Positions 48,365-59,051 of a stretch of DNA of 64,000 nt are shown in pieces. A program made the position numbers and the translations under genes. The stretch is taken from assembly GCA_903903635.1 (NCBI GenBank), contig CAIUZK010000142.1, positions 11,037-75,036 of the forward strand, given 5' to 3'. This DNA comes from an uncultured Bacteroidota bacterium (lineage in GTDB: Bacteria > Bacteroidota > Bacteroidia > Chitinophagales > Chitinophagaceae). The notes under the pieces are model-generated. The model saw only the letters and a list, made by a program, of their open reading frames with translations, was not told where the DNA came from and ran no database searches. The first letter of the stretch is position 1. Each line of letters begins with the position of its first letter.

Positions 48365-49072
48365 ATGCCTGCACCATTATTGCGAGATATAAAAAATAGT
48401 ATTCTTCATCTGTTTTATCCCAGGCTCTGCGAAGGGTGCAGCAAGCCGCTGGTTACCGGTGAGGAAATATTGTGTCTGGGTTGCAGCATGGAACTACCGG
48501 AAACCAATTACCACCTGATAGAAGATAACGAGGCAGCTATGCGCTTTGCCGGCCGTATGCCATATAATAAGGTCACATCCTACGCTTATTTCACTCATGA
48601 AGGTTTGTTGCAACATCTGCTTCACCGACTCAAATATCAGGATAAAAAAGATGTTGGGCTATATCTGGGCAGGCGGTTGGGTGCCCGGTTAAGAGATTCG
48701 GGCTGGGCTGATGGAATAGATATGATTGTTCCGGTACCTCTACATAAAGCCAAAGAAGCCAACCGTGGATACAATCAAAGCCGTCTGATAGCACAGGGAA
48801 TAAGTGAAATGCTGGGAATACCTGTTGAAAGCTCCGTTTTATGCAGAGTCAGAGATACGGCCAGCCAAACCAATAAGACAAGATCAGAACGAATTAGCAA
48901 TATGTCGGAAGCTTTTATGATAACGGATAAAGCCCAGGTTAGGGGCAAACATATACTTTTATGCGATGATGTGCTCACCACAGGCGCCACTCTGGAGGCT
49001 TGCGCGTTGGCGCTGATGGAAGAAGAAAGTACGAAAATAAGTGTTGCGACCATTGGTATTGCTGTTTCTTAA
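48365..49072 (+). CDS. ComF family phosphoribosyltransferase-like protein
   Basis: N-terminal CxxC..CxxC, VPVPLH...RGYNQS, LLCDDVLTTGATL. Confidence 0.93.
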   Translation: MPAPLLRDIKNSILHLFYPRLCEGCSKPLVTGEEILCLGCSMELPETNYHLIEDNEAAMRFAGRMPYNKVTSYAYFTHEGLLQHLLHRLKYQDKKDVGLYLGRRLGARLRDSGWADGIDMIVPVPLHKAKEANRGYNQSRLIAQGISEMLGIPVESSVLCRVRDTASQTNKTRSERISNMSEAFMITDKAQVRGKHILLCDDVLTTGATLEACALALMEEESTKISVATIGIAVS

Positions 49073-49190
49073 CTACTATATTTGCAGAGTTTTTATTCAT
49101 GGTATTGGTTTTATAAACATTTCGCCATACCTTAACCGATTAAAAAGAAACTTCGGCTTCGATAAAACAGCTTATTTAATAACATTGTTT

Positions 49191-50432
49191 ATGAAGAAAC
49201 ACGTTTTAGCAGTATCACTTTTGTTGTCAGCGGCTACCACTTTTGGTGCGGGCTACCAGCTTAATCTGCAAGGTATAAGGCAGCTTGCCATGGGTGGCAC
49301 CGGTGTGGCCTGGCCTTGGGATGCATCTACTATATTTTATAATCCGGCTGGTTTAAGCAGGATTAAAAACATACAGGTTTACGCTAGTGGTGTACTTATT
49401 GCGCCTACTACTGCTTTTGGTAATCTTCAGTCTTCTGCTGTTACTGCTCCGCAAACATTTACTCCTTTCAATGTTTATGTTGGCGGTCCTATTCAGCAGG
49501 GTAGCAAGTTCGGTATTGGTCTTGGCGTATATACTGCCGCCGGTATCGGTCTTAAATGGGATGACCAGTGGATAGGCAGATACCTCATCCAGTCCATCGA
49601 CCTCAAAGCGGTTTGTTTCCAGCCTACACTTAGTTACAGGGTTAGCGAATTGCTGTCTGTGGGTGCCGGTTTTGTTTATGGCACCGGTTCACTCGACCTC
49701 AGGCAATCATTACCCATCCATGGCATCTACGGCTCGGGTGGGTATTCAGATGATGTCGGCGAACTTCACCTGCATGGCAATGCCAATGGTGTAGGTTTTA
49801 ATTCCGGCATACAGATTAAACCCAGCGATGACTTCCAGATTGGTATCACTTACCGCTCTCAGGTTAATATGAGTATTAGCAATGGCGCTGCTACATTCAC
49901 AGTTCCGCAATCAGTTTCTAAATTATTCCCTAATACCAAATTTGATTCACAACTTCCTTTACCTCAGGTTGCATCAATTGGTTTTGGTTACCGTACTATG
50001 GAAGAGCGACTGACACTTCAGTTCGATCTTAATTATACCGGTTGGAATTCTTATGATTCGCTCAGGATTAATTTTACCGATCATACTTCTTCACTTCAGG
50101 ATAATCATGCTCCAAGGCATTACAGGAATACATTGACACCAAGGGCTGGTGCAAGCTATAAGCTGAGCAAAGTAATAGCATTTATGGCAGGCGCGGCTTT
50201 CGAGCCTACACCTGTAGTTAATGGCTTTGTTTCTCCTGAATTACCTGATGCCGACCGTATTGTTATGTCTTGCGGTATCACAATTAAACCATTCCCCCGG
50301 TTTACAATAATGGCTGCTTACGAAGGTGTTTCTACAGTAACACGCAGTGCCAGCTATAATTATGGTGGATTTAGTGGTACTTACAAAACTCAGGCAGCTA
50401 CAGCGGGTATTGGCGCTTATTTTAATTTTTAA
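49191..50432 (+). CDS. OmpP1/FadL family outer membrane transporter
   Basis: GYQLNLQG...AMGGTG...DASTIFYNPAGL; C-terminal Phe. Likely ATG at 49191. Confidence 0.9.
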   Translation: MKKHVLAVSLLLSAATTFGAGYQLNLQGIRQLAMGGTGVAWPWDASTIFYNPAGLSRIKNIQVYASGVLIAPTTAFGNLQSSAVTAPQTFTPFNVYVGGPIQQGSKFGIGLGVYTAAGIGLKWDDQWIGRYLIQSIDLKAVCFQPTLSYRVSELLSVGAGFVYGTGSLDLRQSLPIHGIYGSGGYSDDVGELHLHGNANGVGFNSGIQIKPSDDFQIGITYRSQVNMSISNGAATFTVPQSVSKLFPNTKFDSQLPLPQVASIGFGYRTMEERLTLQFDLNYTGWNSYDSLRINFTDHTSSLQDNHAPRHYRNTLTPRAGASYKLSKVIAFMAGAAFEPTPVVNGFVSPELPDADRIVMSCGITIKPFPRFTIMAAYEGVSTVTRSASYNYGGFSGTYKTQAATAGIGAYFNF

Positions 50433-50452
50433 TATCAAATAAAAACAGAAAA

Positions 50453-51844
50453 ATGAGAAAAATATATAGTATTGGTGTTGCGCTGATTTTATTAGCATCG
50501 TGCAGGCCCAGTATAAATATTAACAAGGATGCCACTGCTGGTAATGCAGAGTTTACCAACTATCTGGCAATAGGTAATTCACTTACCGCCGGTTATACCG
50601 ATGGTAGTCTTACTGTCACAGGTCAGTTAAATTCCTATCCCAAGATGTTGTTCGATCAGTTTTCCATGATTAAGGTTCATGGAGCAGTTGGTAAGTTTAT
50701 TCAGCCGCTGCTTACTTCTGATAATGGCTATCCGGGTCCGAAATATATTCTGGCAATGACCTACAATCCTTGCAATCCGGCTGATTCATCACTGGGGCCT
50801 GTTCCTTATCCATATCCGTTAAACAACTCGGCTGATGCTACTTATTCTGCAACTGTAAATAACGGGCAGATCAATAACATCGCTGTTCCGGGTATTCGTG
50901 CGGCCGATTACAAAGTAGCTGGTTATGCGCAATTTGCCGCCGCCGGCAATGCGCCTTATGCATTGAGGTTCTATAACAATCCTGGTACTGCTTCTCCCAA
51001 CGATGAGCTTTTATTCATGGTGCATAACCTCCATCCTACATTCTTTACAATGTGGCTCGGTTCAAACGATGTACTTCTTTATGCTACAAAGGGTGGACAG
51101 GGAATTGGCGATGGCACTGCGACTCCTGCTTTTGGCAATTTCTACAATCCTGCTGATATTACTCCTGTTTCAGCATTCGATTCCTGCTACGATCTGGCTC
51201 TGAATTCTGCCATCAGCACAGGTGCAAGTGGTGCGCTAATCAACATACCTGATATTACCAGCATACCTTTCTTCACTACAATACCTGCAAATGGCATGAC
51301 TTTGTTACGCCAGGGTCAGGCAGATACCCTGAAAGGATACTATGCTTCAAAAGGTATCACTACATCTTTTGAAGTTGGTTCCAATTATTTCATGATCCAG
51401 GATCATAAAGGCCTTACAAGGCAGGCTGTACCTGGCGAGTTGATTTTACTTACTTGCCCTAAAGATTCAATCACTTGCCGTGGCTGGGGTACTACTAAAC
51501 CAATTCCTGACTCACTGGTTCTTACTACCGATGAAATTCAAAATGTTCAGAAGGCTGTTATAGCATACAATGCATTCATCAAGCAGGAAGCAGATCTGCA
51601 TCACCTTGCTTATGTAGATATGAATACCTATTTTTCTAAAATGCCTGCAGGCATTACTTACAATGGCATTACTTACAGCACAAGTTTTGTTACAGGTGGC
51701 GCTTTCTCTCTCGATGGCGTACATCCTACACAACGTGGTTATGCCCTCATAGCCAATGAAATTATCAGAACCATCAATGCATTTTATAAATCCAATATTA
51801 CATCGTTGGATGTCAATAAATACAACGGAGTAACTTACCCATAA
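50453..51844 (+). CDS. SGNH/GDSL hydrolase-like lipoprotein
   Basis: Lipobox LLASC; IGNSLTAG, WLGSNDVL, FSLDGVHP. Confidence 0.88.
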   Translation: MRKIYSIGVALILLASCRPSININKDATAGNAEFTNYLAIGNSLTAGYTDGSLTVTGQLNSYPKMLFDQFSMIKVHGAVGKFIQPLLTSDNGYPGPKYILAMTYNPCNPADSSLGPVPYPYPLNNSADATYSATVNNGQINNIAVPGIRAADYKVAGYAQFAAAGNAPYALRFYNNPGTASPNDELLFMVHNLHPTFFTMWLGSNDVLLYATKGGQGIGDGTATPAFGNFYNPADITPVSAFDSCYDLALNSAISTGASGALINIPDITSIPFFTTIPANGMTLLRQGQADTLKGYYASKGITTSFEVGSNYFMIQDHKGLTRQAVPGELILLTCPKDSITCRGWGTTKPIPDSLVLTTDEIQNVQKAVIAYNAFIKQEADLHHLAYVDMNTYFSKMPAGITYNGITYSTSFVTGGAFSLDGVHPTQRGYALIANEIIRTINAFYKSNITSLDVNKYNGVTYP

Positions 51845-51861
51845 TTATTGATGAAACGCTT

Positions 51862-51897
51862 AAATAATAATGCCCCGGTTACGGGGCATTATTATTT
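51862..51897. terminator. Bidirectional terminator
   Basis: AAATAATAATGCCCCG-GTTA-CGGGGCATTATTATTT between convergent genes. Confidence 0.9.
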
Positions 51898-51911
51898 TCA
51901 GGACCTGGAAT

Positions 51912-53036
51912 TTATTTTACGCATTTCATCATGCTTTCCCATAGCTTTCGCGCCGATATTTCCCAGTCAAATTTCTTTATCTGCTCACGCGCATTAATGA
52001 TGAGTTTATTACGCAATGCCTCATCCTTGTAAAGTTTATGCATAGCATCGGCAATGGCAAGATGATCGGTAGGGTCAACCATTATTGCCGCATCACCTGC
52101 TACCTCAGGCATTGATGAGGTGTTGCTTACTATGGCCGGCACATCACATTGCAACGCCTCCAGTATCGGAATACCAAATCCTTCAAACAAGGAAGCATAC
52201 ACAAGGGCATAAGAGGCTCCTATCACCTTCGACAGTTCATCAATATTCATGTACCCTACCCACTTTACATCGTCTTTAAACGGCATTTCCGAGCGCATCT
52301 GTTCTACCTCTTCATATTTCCAGGCCGGCCGGCCGGCTATTACCAGCTTCATATTGGTGGGCTGCCGGGTTTTAAAGGCCACAAACGCCTTAAGCAGGTT
52401 AACGATGTTTTTACGTGGATGCAATGCACCTGCAAAAACAAAATATTCGCAACCCTCCGCATATTGTTTTTTCACAACTTCCCGTTCATCAAATGTCAGC
52501 GGACGATATTCATTATGAGCGCCATTATATACCACATCAATTTTATCGGCAGCTATGCCATACCGTTCACTGATGTCTGTTTTGGAGAAGGTAGATACCG
52601 TAGCTATCCGCTTTGCCTTTCGGGCAAACAATGGCGAATAGTGCCGCCAGTATAGCCGGTGGCTAAGTACAAAATGCTCAGGATAATGCTCAAATGCCAG
52701 GTCATGTATTACCAGGCACGTAGGCACCTTGGTACTCAGCGACATATAACTATCCGGCGATAAGAACAGATCAGCTTTATACTTGCGAAGCATATAGGGT
52801 ATGCTCCATTCAAACCACAGGTAGAACAAAACAGGATGCCTTGCCTGCGGATGAACCACTACAGGTGTAACATTGGGAGCAAAAACAAATAAAGGATCGT
52901 ATGGCCTGTCGAAAAAGAATATAAACTCATGTTCGGGATGATCCCGCACAATCCGTTCGAGTGTTTGATAAGTAAACCAACCTATACCTTCCAGCTTTCC
53001 TTTTAAGAGTAACCGTGTATTTACAGCAATTCGCAT
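51912..53036 (-). CDS. Glycosyltransferase family 4
   Basis: GIGWFT, VIHDLAF, HPRKN, SLFEGFGIPILEA. Confidence 0.93.
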   Translation of the reverse strand: MRIAVNTRLLLKGKLEGIGWFTYQTLERIVRDHPEHEFIFFFDRPYDPLFVFAPNVTPVVVHPQARHPVLFYLWFEWSIPYMLRKYKADLFLSPDSYMSLSTKVPTCLVIHDLAFEHYPEHFVLSHRLYWRHYSPLFARKAKRIATVSTFSKTDISERYGIAADKIDVVYNGAHNEYRPLTFDEREVVKKQYAEGCEYFVFAGALHPRKNIVNLLKAFVAFKTRQPTNMKLVIAGRPAWKYEEVEQMRSEMPFKDDVKWVGYMNIDELSKVIGASYALVYASLFEGFGIPILEALQCDVPAIVSNTSSMPEVAGDAAIMVDPTDHLAIADAMHKLYKDEALRNKLIINAREQIKKFDWEISARKLWESMMKCVK

Positions 53037-53091
53037 ACCTTATGGCAACAAAAATATACTTTTACTGCTTTATTAGCCATTAAATATCCGG

Positions 53092-54582
53092 ATGAGCCGC
53101 TTTTTTGTAAAAAATATTCTTTTTGTAATAGCTGTAAACATACTGGTTAAGCCCATTTGGGGGCTGTTTATCGACCGGGTTGTACAAAACAGGTTACCAT
53201 CGGCAGATTATGGAACTTATTCGGCATTACTGGCTGTGAGCGTTATTTTCCAGACATTTCTTGATTTTGGTATTAGTAGTTACAACAGCCGTACTATAGC
53301 GCAAAACCCTGATAAACTACCTGTATTGTTTCCCGCTATGCTTTCAGCCCGGTTAGTGTTGATTGCCGTTTATATGTCACTTGCATTTATATATGGCTAC
53401 ACAATTGGCTACCGGGGTTGGGAATTATCGCTTATGATTGGTGTTTTGTGCATACAGGCTATCAATTCATTGGTATCATTCATCAGAACAAATATAGCCG
53501 CGCTCCACAGGTTCAAGACCGAGGGCATATTGTCTATTACCGACCGGCTGCTGATGATAATAATATGTGGATTCCTGCTTATTTATCCACCCACTGCAAG
53601 GTTATTCAGTATTCAGTGGTTTGTGATAGCGCAGATAGTATGCTATTTCATTGCAGCTACCATTGGTTATCTGATATTAAGGCGCTTAGGCAATGTAAGG
53701 CTCCGGTTCTCGTTCAATGGCCGGGAGATATACAAAATTGTAAGGCAGAGTTTCCCTTATGCACTGCTTATTTTCCTGATGTCGGTCTACAACCGCGCCG
53801 ATGTAATGATCATGGAACGCATATGCACTGATGGTAAAGATCAGGCAGGTATCTGGCAAGCCGCATTCCGGCTCCTGGATCAGGTTAATATGTTCGGCCT
53901 GATGTTTGCCACCATATTACTGCCCATGTTCGGTCGCATGCTTTCGCAAAAGCAGGATGTGCAGCATATTATCAAATTATGTGTCAATATGCTTTTGCCT
54001 ATTTCCTTCATGGTAGCTATAGCAGGCATATTTTTCAGTAATGATATTATGCATCTGTTGTACCATACCGGTAAGCTTTACCAGGCGCCAACGATGTCCG
54101 TCAAATACAGCAACGTGTTTGCCATACTAATAGCCTCTTTCCCCTCATGGTGCCTGATGTACATATATTCTACCCTGCTCACCGCCAATGGCAGCCTTAA
54201 AACGCTTAATATTATTGCATTTGCAGGCGTTATTCTTAACCTTTCGCTCAATTTCATTCTGATCCCTCTTCATAAAGCCGAAGGGGCTGCAGTTACCTCA
54301 TTTATTACCCAGACCTCATTGGCCTTTGCATTTATGGTTTTTGCATCCAGAATATTCAGGCTGCCGTTCAATCTGAAATGGATATTGGCCCACCTGGGTT
54401 ACCTGATTATTATTCTTTCAATAGGATATGGTGTGGTATCGTTTATGGGTAAGGTGCAATGGGGAATACAATTGGTGACTTTTGGTATTATTAGTATGGC
54501 GCTTATGTTTGTTTTCAGGTTTGTATCGGTAAATAGTTTCTACCAATTGCTGAACAGGCGTATGAATCCTGATGAAGCTTAA
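53092..54582 (+). CDS. Wzx-like oligosaccharide flippase
   Basis: Many TM segments; FLDFGIS, YNRADVMIM, GIWQAAFRLLD. Confidence 0.88.
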   Translation: MSRFFVKNILFVIAVNILVKPIWGLFIDRVVQNRLPSADYGTYSALLAVSVIFQTFLDFGISSYNSRTIAQNPDKLPVLFPAMLSARLVLIAVYMSLAFIYGYTIGYRGWELSLMIGVLCIQAINSLVSFIRTNIAALHRFKTEGILSITDRLLMIIICGFLLIYPPTARLFSIQWFVIAQIVCYFIAATIGYLILRRLGNVRLRFSFNGREIYKIVRQSFPYALLIFLMSVYNRADVMIMERICTDGKDQAGIWQAAFRLLDQVNMFGLMFATILLPMFGRMLSQKQDVQHIIKLCVNMLLPISFMVAIAGIFFSNDIMHLLYHTGKLYQAPTMSVKYSNVFAILIASFPSWCLMYIYSTLLTANGSLKTLNIIAFAGVILNLSLNFILIPLHKAEGAAVTSFITQTSLAFAFMVFASRIFRLPFNLKWILAHLGYLIIILSIGYGVVSFMGKVQWGIQLVTFGIISMALMFVFRFVSVNSFYQLLNRRMNPDEA

Positions 54583-54645
54583 GCGCAGCCAACCTGAATT
54601 ACTTTAAATTTGTTACATCAACCTTCCTCAGGGATAGATAAGTCG

Positions 54646-55767
54646 ATGAAACAAGAAAGCACCAACCGCCAGCGTAAGATCATTCATATTGATATGGATG
54701 CATTTTATGCATCGGTAGAACAGCGGGATAATCCTGATTACAGGGGAAAGCCGATAGTTGTAGGCGGCCCGCCGCAAGGCAGAGGAGGGGTGGTTGCAAC
54801 AGCCAGTTATGAGGCACGGAAATTTGGAATAAAGTCAGCAATGCCCTCAAAAAAAGCGCTGGAACTATGCCCGGAAGTTATTTTTGTAAAGCCGCATTTT
54901 GAAGCCTATAAAGAAGTTTCCACACGCATACGCGAAATATTCAGGCGATATACTGATCTTATCGAGCCTCTGTCGCTGGATGAAGCCTACCTCGATGTAA
55001 CAGAGGATAAACAAAACATAGGTTCGGCTATAAAAATAGCGCAACTGATAAAGGCTGCCATAAAGGAGGAACTGCACCTCACTGCCTCGGCCGGGGTTTC
55101 ATTAAATAAGTTTGTGGCCAAGACAGCTTCTGATATGAATAAACCAGACGGCCTTACCTTTATTGCACCAGAGGCCGTGTCTGAATTTATGGAGCAGCTT
55201 CCTGTTGAAAAATTCTTTGGAGTAGGCAGGGTAACGGCTGAAAAAATGAAAGGAATGGGCCTTCATACCGGTGCAGATCTGAAAAAACTGGATGAAGCAC
55301 AAATGGTGAGATACTTTGGGAAAGCAGGCAGGTTTTATTATCAGATTGTGAGGGGAGAAGATAACCGGCAGGTAGAACCGCATCGGGAAACAAAGTCGCT
55401 GGCAGCAGAGGATACATTTGCCGCCGATCTTACCGGTGTGGCAGACATGAATGCCGCATTGGAGAAATTAGCTGGTACAGTAAGCAAGCGGCTGGAGCGG
55501 TATCAGTTGAAAGGTCGCACCGTAACATTAAAGATCAAGTACAGCGATTTTAAGATCATTACACGCAATCATTCCTTCCCTCATCCTGTAGGCACTTTTG
55601 ACATAATACTTGAAACGGCTAAAAACCTGCTTGCCGCTACAGATTTGCACGACAAAAAAATCAGACTGCTGGGTATCAGCATTTCCAATTTCGGAGAAAT
55701 AGTGAGGAAGCAAAAAAACGATAGTACCGGCCAGCTATTGCTATTCACCGATCAGAGTTCGCAATAA
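54646..55767 (+). CDS. dinB: DNA polymerase IV
   Basis: IIHIDMDAFYASVEQRD, ASYEARKFG, EPLSLDEAYLD, KPDG, IRLLGI. Likely ATG at 54646. Confidence 0.97.
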   Translation: MKQESTNRQRKIIHIDMDAFYASVEQRDNPDYRGKPIVVGGPPQGRGGVVATASYEARKFGIKSAMPSKKALELCPEVIFVKPHFEAYKEVSTRIREIFRRYTDLIEPLSLDEAYLDVTEDKQNIGSAIKIAQLIKAAIKEELHLTASAGVSLNKFVAKTASDMNKPDGLTFIAPEAVSEFMEQLPVEKFFGVGRVTAEKMKGMGLHTGADLKKLDEAQMVRYFGKAGRFYYQIVRGEDNRQVEPHRETKSLAAEDTFAADLTGVADMNAALEKLAGTVSKRLERYQLKGRTVTLKIKYSDFKIITRNHSFPHPVGTFDIILETAKNLLAATDLHDKKIRLLGISISNFGEIVRKQKNDSTGQLLLFTDQSSQ

Positions 55768-55769
55768 TA

Positions 55770-56279
55770 CTATTTGGGATTATTGGGTATCAGGGCCTTG
55801 GAATTAAATGGCTTGAAATACTTCATAATAGACAAACCGAAAAAAGTAGTTGAACTGGAGGAATATAAACCACTGTAATAATACTGCCCGAAATAAATAT
55901 TTATGTGAATAAGCGGTGTATAGGAATACTCAATACCAGAAGTCACTTCGGTCATAAAATTCTCCTTTGCATTGAAAATAAATCCAACTCCGGTTGTAAT
56001 GGTATTGGTAAATTTTCCTTGCTGAAAAATATTCAGGTTTGGCCTAAGTTCAAGGTAAAGGGTGGTATCCCTGCCCACTACCTTTGCCATACTTGACTTG
56101 CCGATATCCACACCCAAACTGAATACATCCCATTGTCGGCCGGCCTCAAATGAAAGGTTGGTCTTATCTGCTAATGTACCGGGGCTGTTGGTAAGGCTGG
56201 GAACCAGCGAAATATAGTCCTGGGCAAATACACAGGGAGTAATAAAAGCAGAAAGTAAAAGGAGCAGTAAGTATTTCAT
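55770..56279 (-). CDS. Hypothetical exported beta-strand-rich protein
   Basis: Signal peptide MKYLLLLLLS..VFAQ; amphipathic strands. Confidence 0.7.
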   Translation of the reverse strand: MKYLLLLLLSAFITPCVFAQDYISLVPSLTNSPGTLADKTNLSFEAGRQWDVFSLGVDIGKSSMAKVVGRDTTLYLELRPNLNIFQQGKFTNTITTGVGFIFNAKENFMTEVTSGIEYSYTPLIHINIYFGQYYYSGLYSSSSTTFFGLSIMKYFKPFNSKALIPNNPK

Positions 56280-56327
56280 TTCTTGGTTTTGAAGCAATAA
56301 TATTAATAAGAAAATCCTTCTTGCCCC

Positions 56328-57956
56328 TTACTTTTTATCCACCCTTGTGATATCGATTATGTTTACCGGATTACTGCGAAATCCGGAAAGGTTGTTTTGG
56401 GTGAAATGCAGGAGCTTCTCATAGTAAAGTGGCACTATAGGAGCATAGCTCATGGCCAGGCTATCCATTTTCCTGTATAATACCCATCTGGCAGTATCCG
56501 GCAGATTCAGGCTTTGTTCATACCATTCATCAAAAGTAGCATTATGGAAACGGGTATAATTCGGTGGTGCCGGAAAATGACTATTGAAGCATACCAGGTA
56601 AGTCTCGGCATCCGGATAGTCGGCCAGCCATTGCGCTCTGAAGCATACCGCCTTTGATCTGCTCATCTGTTGTTTGAGCACATTAGGTTGTATCAGTTCA
56701 ATTTTTAGTGTTATACCCACTTCCTGCAATTCGCTACCTATAAAATTCACTATGTCTTCGTAATTGTTGGGTACCAGCACTTTTATGGGTTTCAATCCTG
56801 CTCCATTCGGATGGCCGGCCTTAGCCAGCAGTTCCAGCGCCTTAGCCGGATTGTAATGGTACCCATATTGCGCAGCGCTATCATAACCGGGCATGCCGGC
56901 AGGTATGAATCCCCTGGTAGCAGGTTCACCAATTCCATTCTTAAAATAGGTTACTATTTTCTTCCGGTCAATAGCAAAGTTTATCGCCTGTCTTATTAAA
57001 GGGTTCCTGGTCGGCTCTTCCTGCATTATATCATTGGTACTGTCTGTCAGGAAGCCCAGGTATTCAGTATTAAGATAGGTGCTTTTGTCCATATGGAATC
57101 TTGCCGCAAACTCATGTTTTAGACTCCCGTCTTTCGACAGGATAAGGTCTTTGGATGAACCATCAATTCCGTTTACAAAATCCACCTTGCCCTGCATGAA
57201 TAACAAAAACTCAGAGGCCTTACTGTCTATGAAGGATACCTGCACCGCATCAAGATAAGGCAGACTTTTACCCACGTTGTCCTGTTCCCAGTAATGAGGA
57301 TTGCGAACCAGGCACAGGGCATTGCCTTCATCCCAGTATTTAAACATAAACGCGCCTGTACCACATGGATGGCTCCTGTAATCCTTACCCCAATGATTAA
57401 CCACCTCATGAGCCACGATATTGCAATAAGACATGCCGAGGATTTCAACCAATGGTCTGAATGGCTTTTTCAGAATTATTCTTACCGTACTATCATCTAC
57501 AGCAATAAAAGGCTCCTTATCGGCCACATGTCCGTTGAATATCCATGCACCCGGAGAAGCTGTCTTTGAATCTATAAGCCGGTTGAAACTATATACAACA
57601 TCAGCGGATGTAAATTTCCTCCCTTTGCCTTTTTCAAATGCAGGGTCATCATGAAAAAATACATCCGAACGCAGGTGAAAGGTGTATACCAGTCCATCGG
57701 TACTTACATCCCAGCTCCTGGCAAGTGAAGGTATAATATGTAAATGTTCGTCAGTTTCAACAAGGGTATTGTATAGCATGTGGTCAATCCACATCATATT
57801 GAGATCTCTTGAAAATGCAGGGTCCAAAGATTCAAGGTAACCTGTTGATATATTGAGATGGAAGACCTTTTTACCAATGCCGCTATCTGATGTGGATTTA
57901 CAGCCGGCAAAGATAAATAGTAGTAAAAATGTACCTGCAAAAATTGCTTTGGTCAT
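56328..57956 (-). CDS. ABC transporter substrate-binding lipoprotein (family 5)
   Basis: Lipobox FAGC; SLDPA, YNTLVE, LARSWDVSTDGLVYTFHLR, GTGAF, RQAINFAIDR. Confidence 0.93.
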   Translation of the reverse strand: MTKAIFAGTFLLLFIFAGCKSTSDSGIGKKVFHLNISTGYLESLDPAFSRDLNMMWIDHMLYNTLVETDEHLHIIPSLARSWDVSTDGLVYTFHLRSDVFFHDDPAFEKGKGRKFTSADVVYSFNRLIDSKTASPGAWIFNGHVADKEPFIAVDDSTVRIILKKPFRPLVEILGMSYCNIVAHEVVNHWGKDYRSHPCGTGAFMFKYWDEGNALCLVRNPHYWEQDNVGKSLPYLDAVQVSFIDSKASEFLLFMQGKVDFVNGIDGSSKDLILSKDGSLKHEFAARFHMDKSTYLNTEYLGFLTDSTNDIMQEEPTRNPLIRQAINFAIDRKKIVTYFKNGIGEPATRGFIPAGMPGYDSAAQYGYHYNPAKALELLAKAGHPNGAGLKPIKVLVPNNYEDIVNFIGSELQEVGITLKIELIQPNVLKQQMSRSKAVCFRAQWLADYPDAETYLVCFNSHFPAPPNYTRFHNATFDEWYEQSLNLPDTARWVLYRKMDSLAMSYAPIVPLYYEKLLHFTQNNLSGFRSNPVNIIDITRVDKK

Positions 57957-58114
57957 TTATTGCAGATTAAATATTAATGATAAAAGCCCTCACTTCTCCA
58001 GTTTCATGCAATGTCTTCATTATAACCAAAAATACAAAATAATTGATGACAAGGAGTTTAGTAGGGTGCAATTCAAATCTTCGCATAGTAAAAAACACAA
58101 TGATTAATATAGAT

Positions 58115-58196
58115 AGCCTGAAAGGCTTAAATATCAATAGCCGTGGGTGAAACCCACGGACAAATAAATCATTGAGCCAACCCTGCAAGGGTTGAA
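58115..58196. repeat. Composite REP-like palindrome element
   Basis: Three hairpins: AGCCTGAAAGGCT 58115-58127, CCGTGGGTGAAACCCACGG 58141-58159, AACCCTGCAAGGGTT 58179-58193. Confidence 0.7.
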
Positions 58197-58298
58197 TAAA
58201 ACCGCGAAGATTTGAAATGCACCTGGTTTAATACAAATTACACAGTTGCCTGTTGCAGAACATAGCGGGCTATTACAATAAGCGCTAATTTTGTTCCA

Positions 58299-59012
58299 AT
58301 GACTAAACTCTCGGTTAACATAAACAAAATTGCCACCCTGCGCAACAGCCGTGGTGGTAATAATCCGGATGTAATTCAGGTTGCGGTAGATTGCCAGAAA
58401 TTCGGAGCAGATGGTATCACAGTACATCCCAGGCCCGATGAGCGGCATATACGTTATAGCGATGTATACGGGTTAAGTAAAATTATTACTACCGAATTCA
58501 ACATAGAGGGAAATCCTAAAGAAGACAAGTTCGTTAACCTGGTACTCGATGTAAAACCCCACCAGGTCACCCTTGTTCCTGACGATCCCGGTCAATTAAC
58601 ATCTAACCACGGATGGGACACCATTAAGGAAAGTAATTACCTGAAGGATATCATTCAGGTTTTCAAAAAAGCAGGTATCCGGGTTTCCATTTTTGTCGAT
58701 CCTCTTGAGCATATTGTTGCTGCTGCTGCCGCAACCGGAACCGACCGCATAGAGCTGTATACCGAAGACTATGCCCGTAATTATAAATCAAATAAGGAAC
58801 AGGCTGTTGCTGCCTATATCAGGGCTGCAGCGGTGGCTTCCCAAAATGGTTTGGGTATAAATGCAGGTCATGATCTGGATTTGGATAACCTTGCATTTTT
58901 TAAGCAATCGATACCCGCCCTTCTTGAAGTATCCATAGGGCATGCCCTTGTTTCCGATGCTTTATACTTTGGCCTGGAAAATGTAATACAGTTGTATAAA
59001 AGAAAATTGTAA
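58299..59012 (+). CDS. pdxJ: Pyridoxine 5'-phosphate synthase
   Basis: LSVNINKIATLRNSR, GITVHPRPDERHIR, RIELYT, NAGHDL, EVSIGHAL. Confidence 0.98.
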   Translation: MTKLSVNINKIATLRNSRGGNNPDVIQVAVDCQKFGADGITVHPRPDERHIRYSDVYGLSKIITTEFNIEGNPKEDKFVNLVLDVKPHQVTLVPDDPGQLTSNHGWDTIKESNYLKDIIQVFKKAGIRVSIFVDPLEHIVAAAAATGTDRIELYTEDYARNYKSNKEQAVAAYIRAAAVASQNGLGINAGHDLDLDNLAFFKQSIPALLEVSIGHALVSDALYFGLENVIQLYKRKL

Positions 59013-59051
59013 GCAGGAAGTTCGTAACTTTATGGTGTAATAAATTATATA

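Noticed and set aside
49191-51844. FadL plus SGNH lipoprotein pair
   Set aside because: A widespread conserved Bacteroidota gene pair; nothing unusual seen.
54590-54646. SOS box upstream of dinB
   Set aside because: No convincing LexA-type palindrome found.
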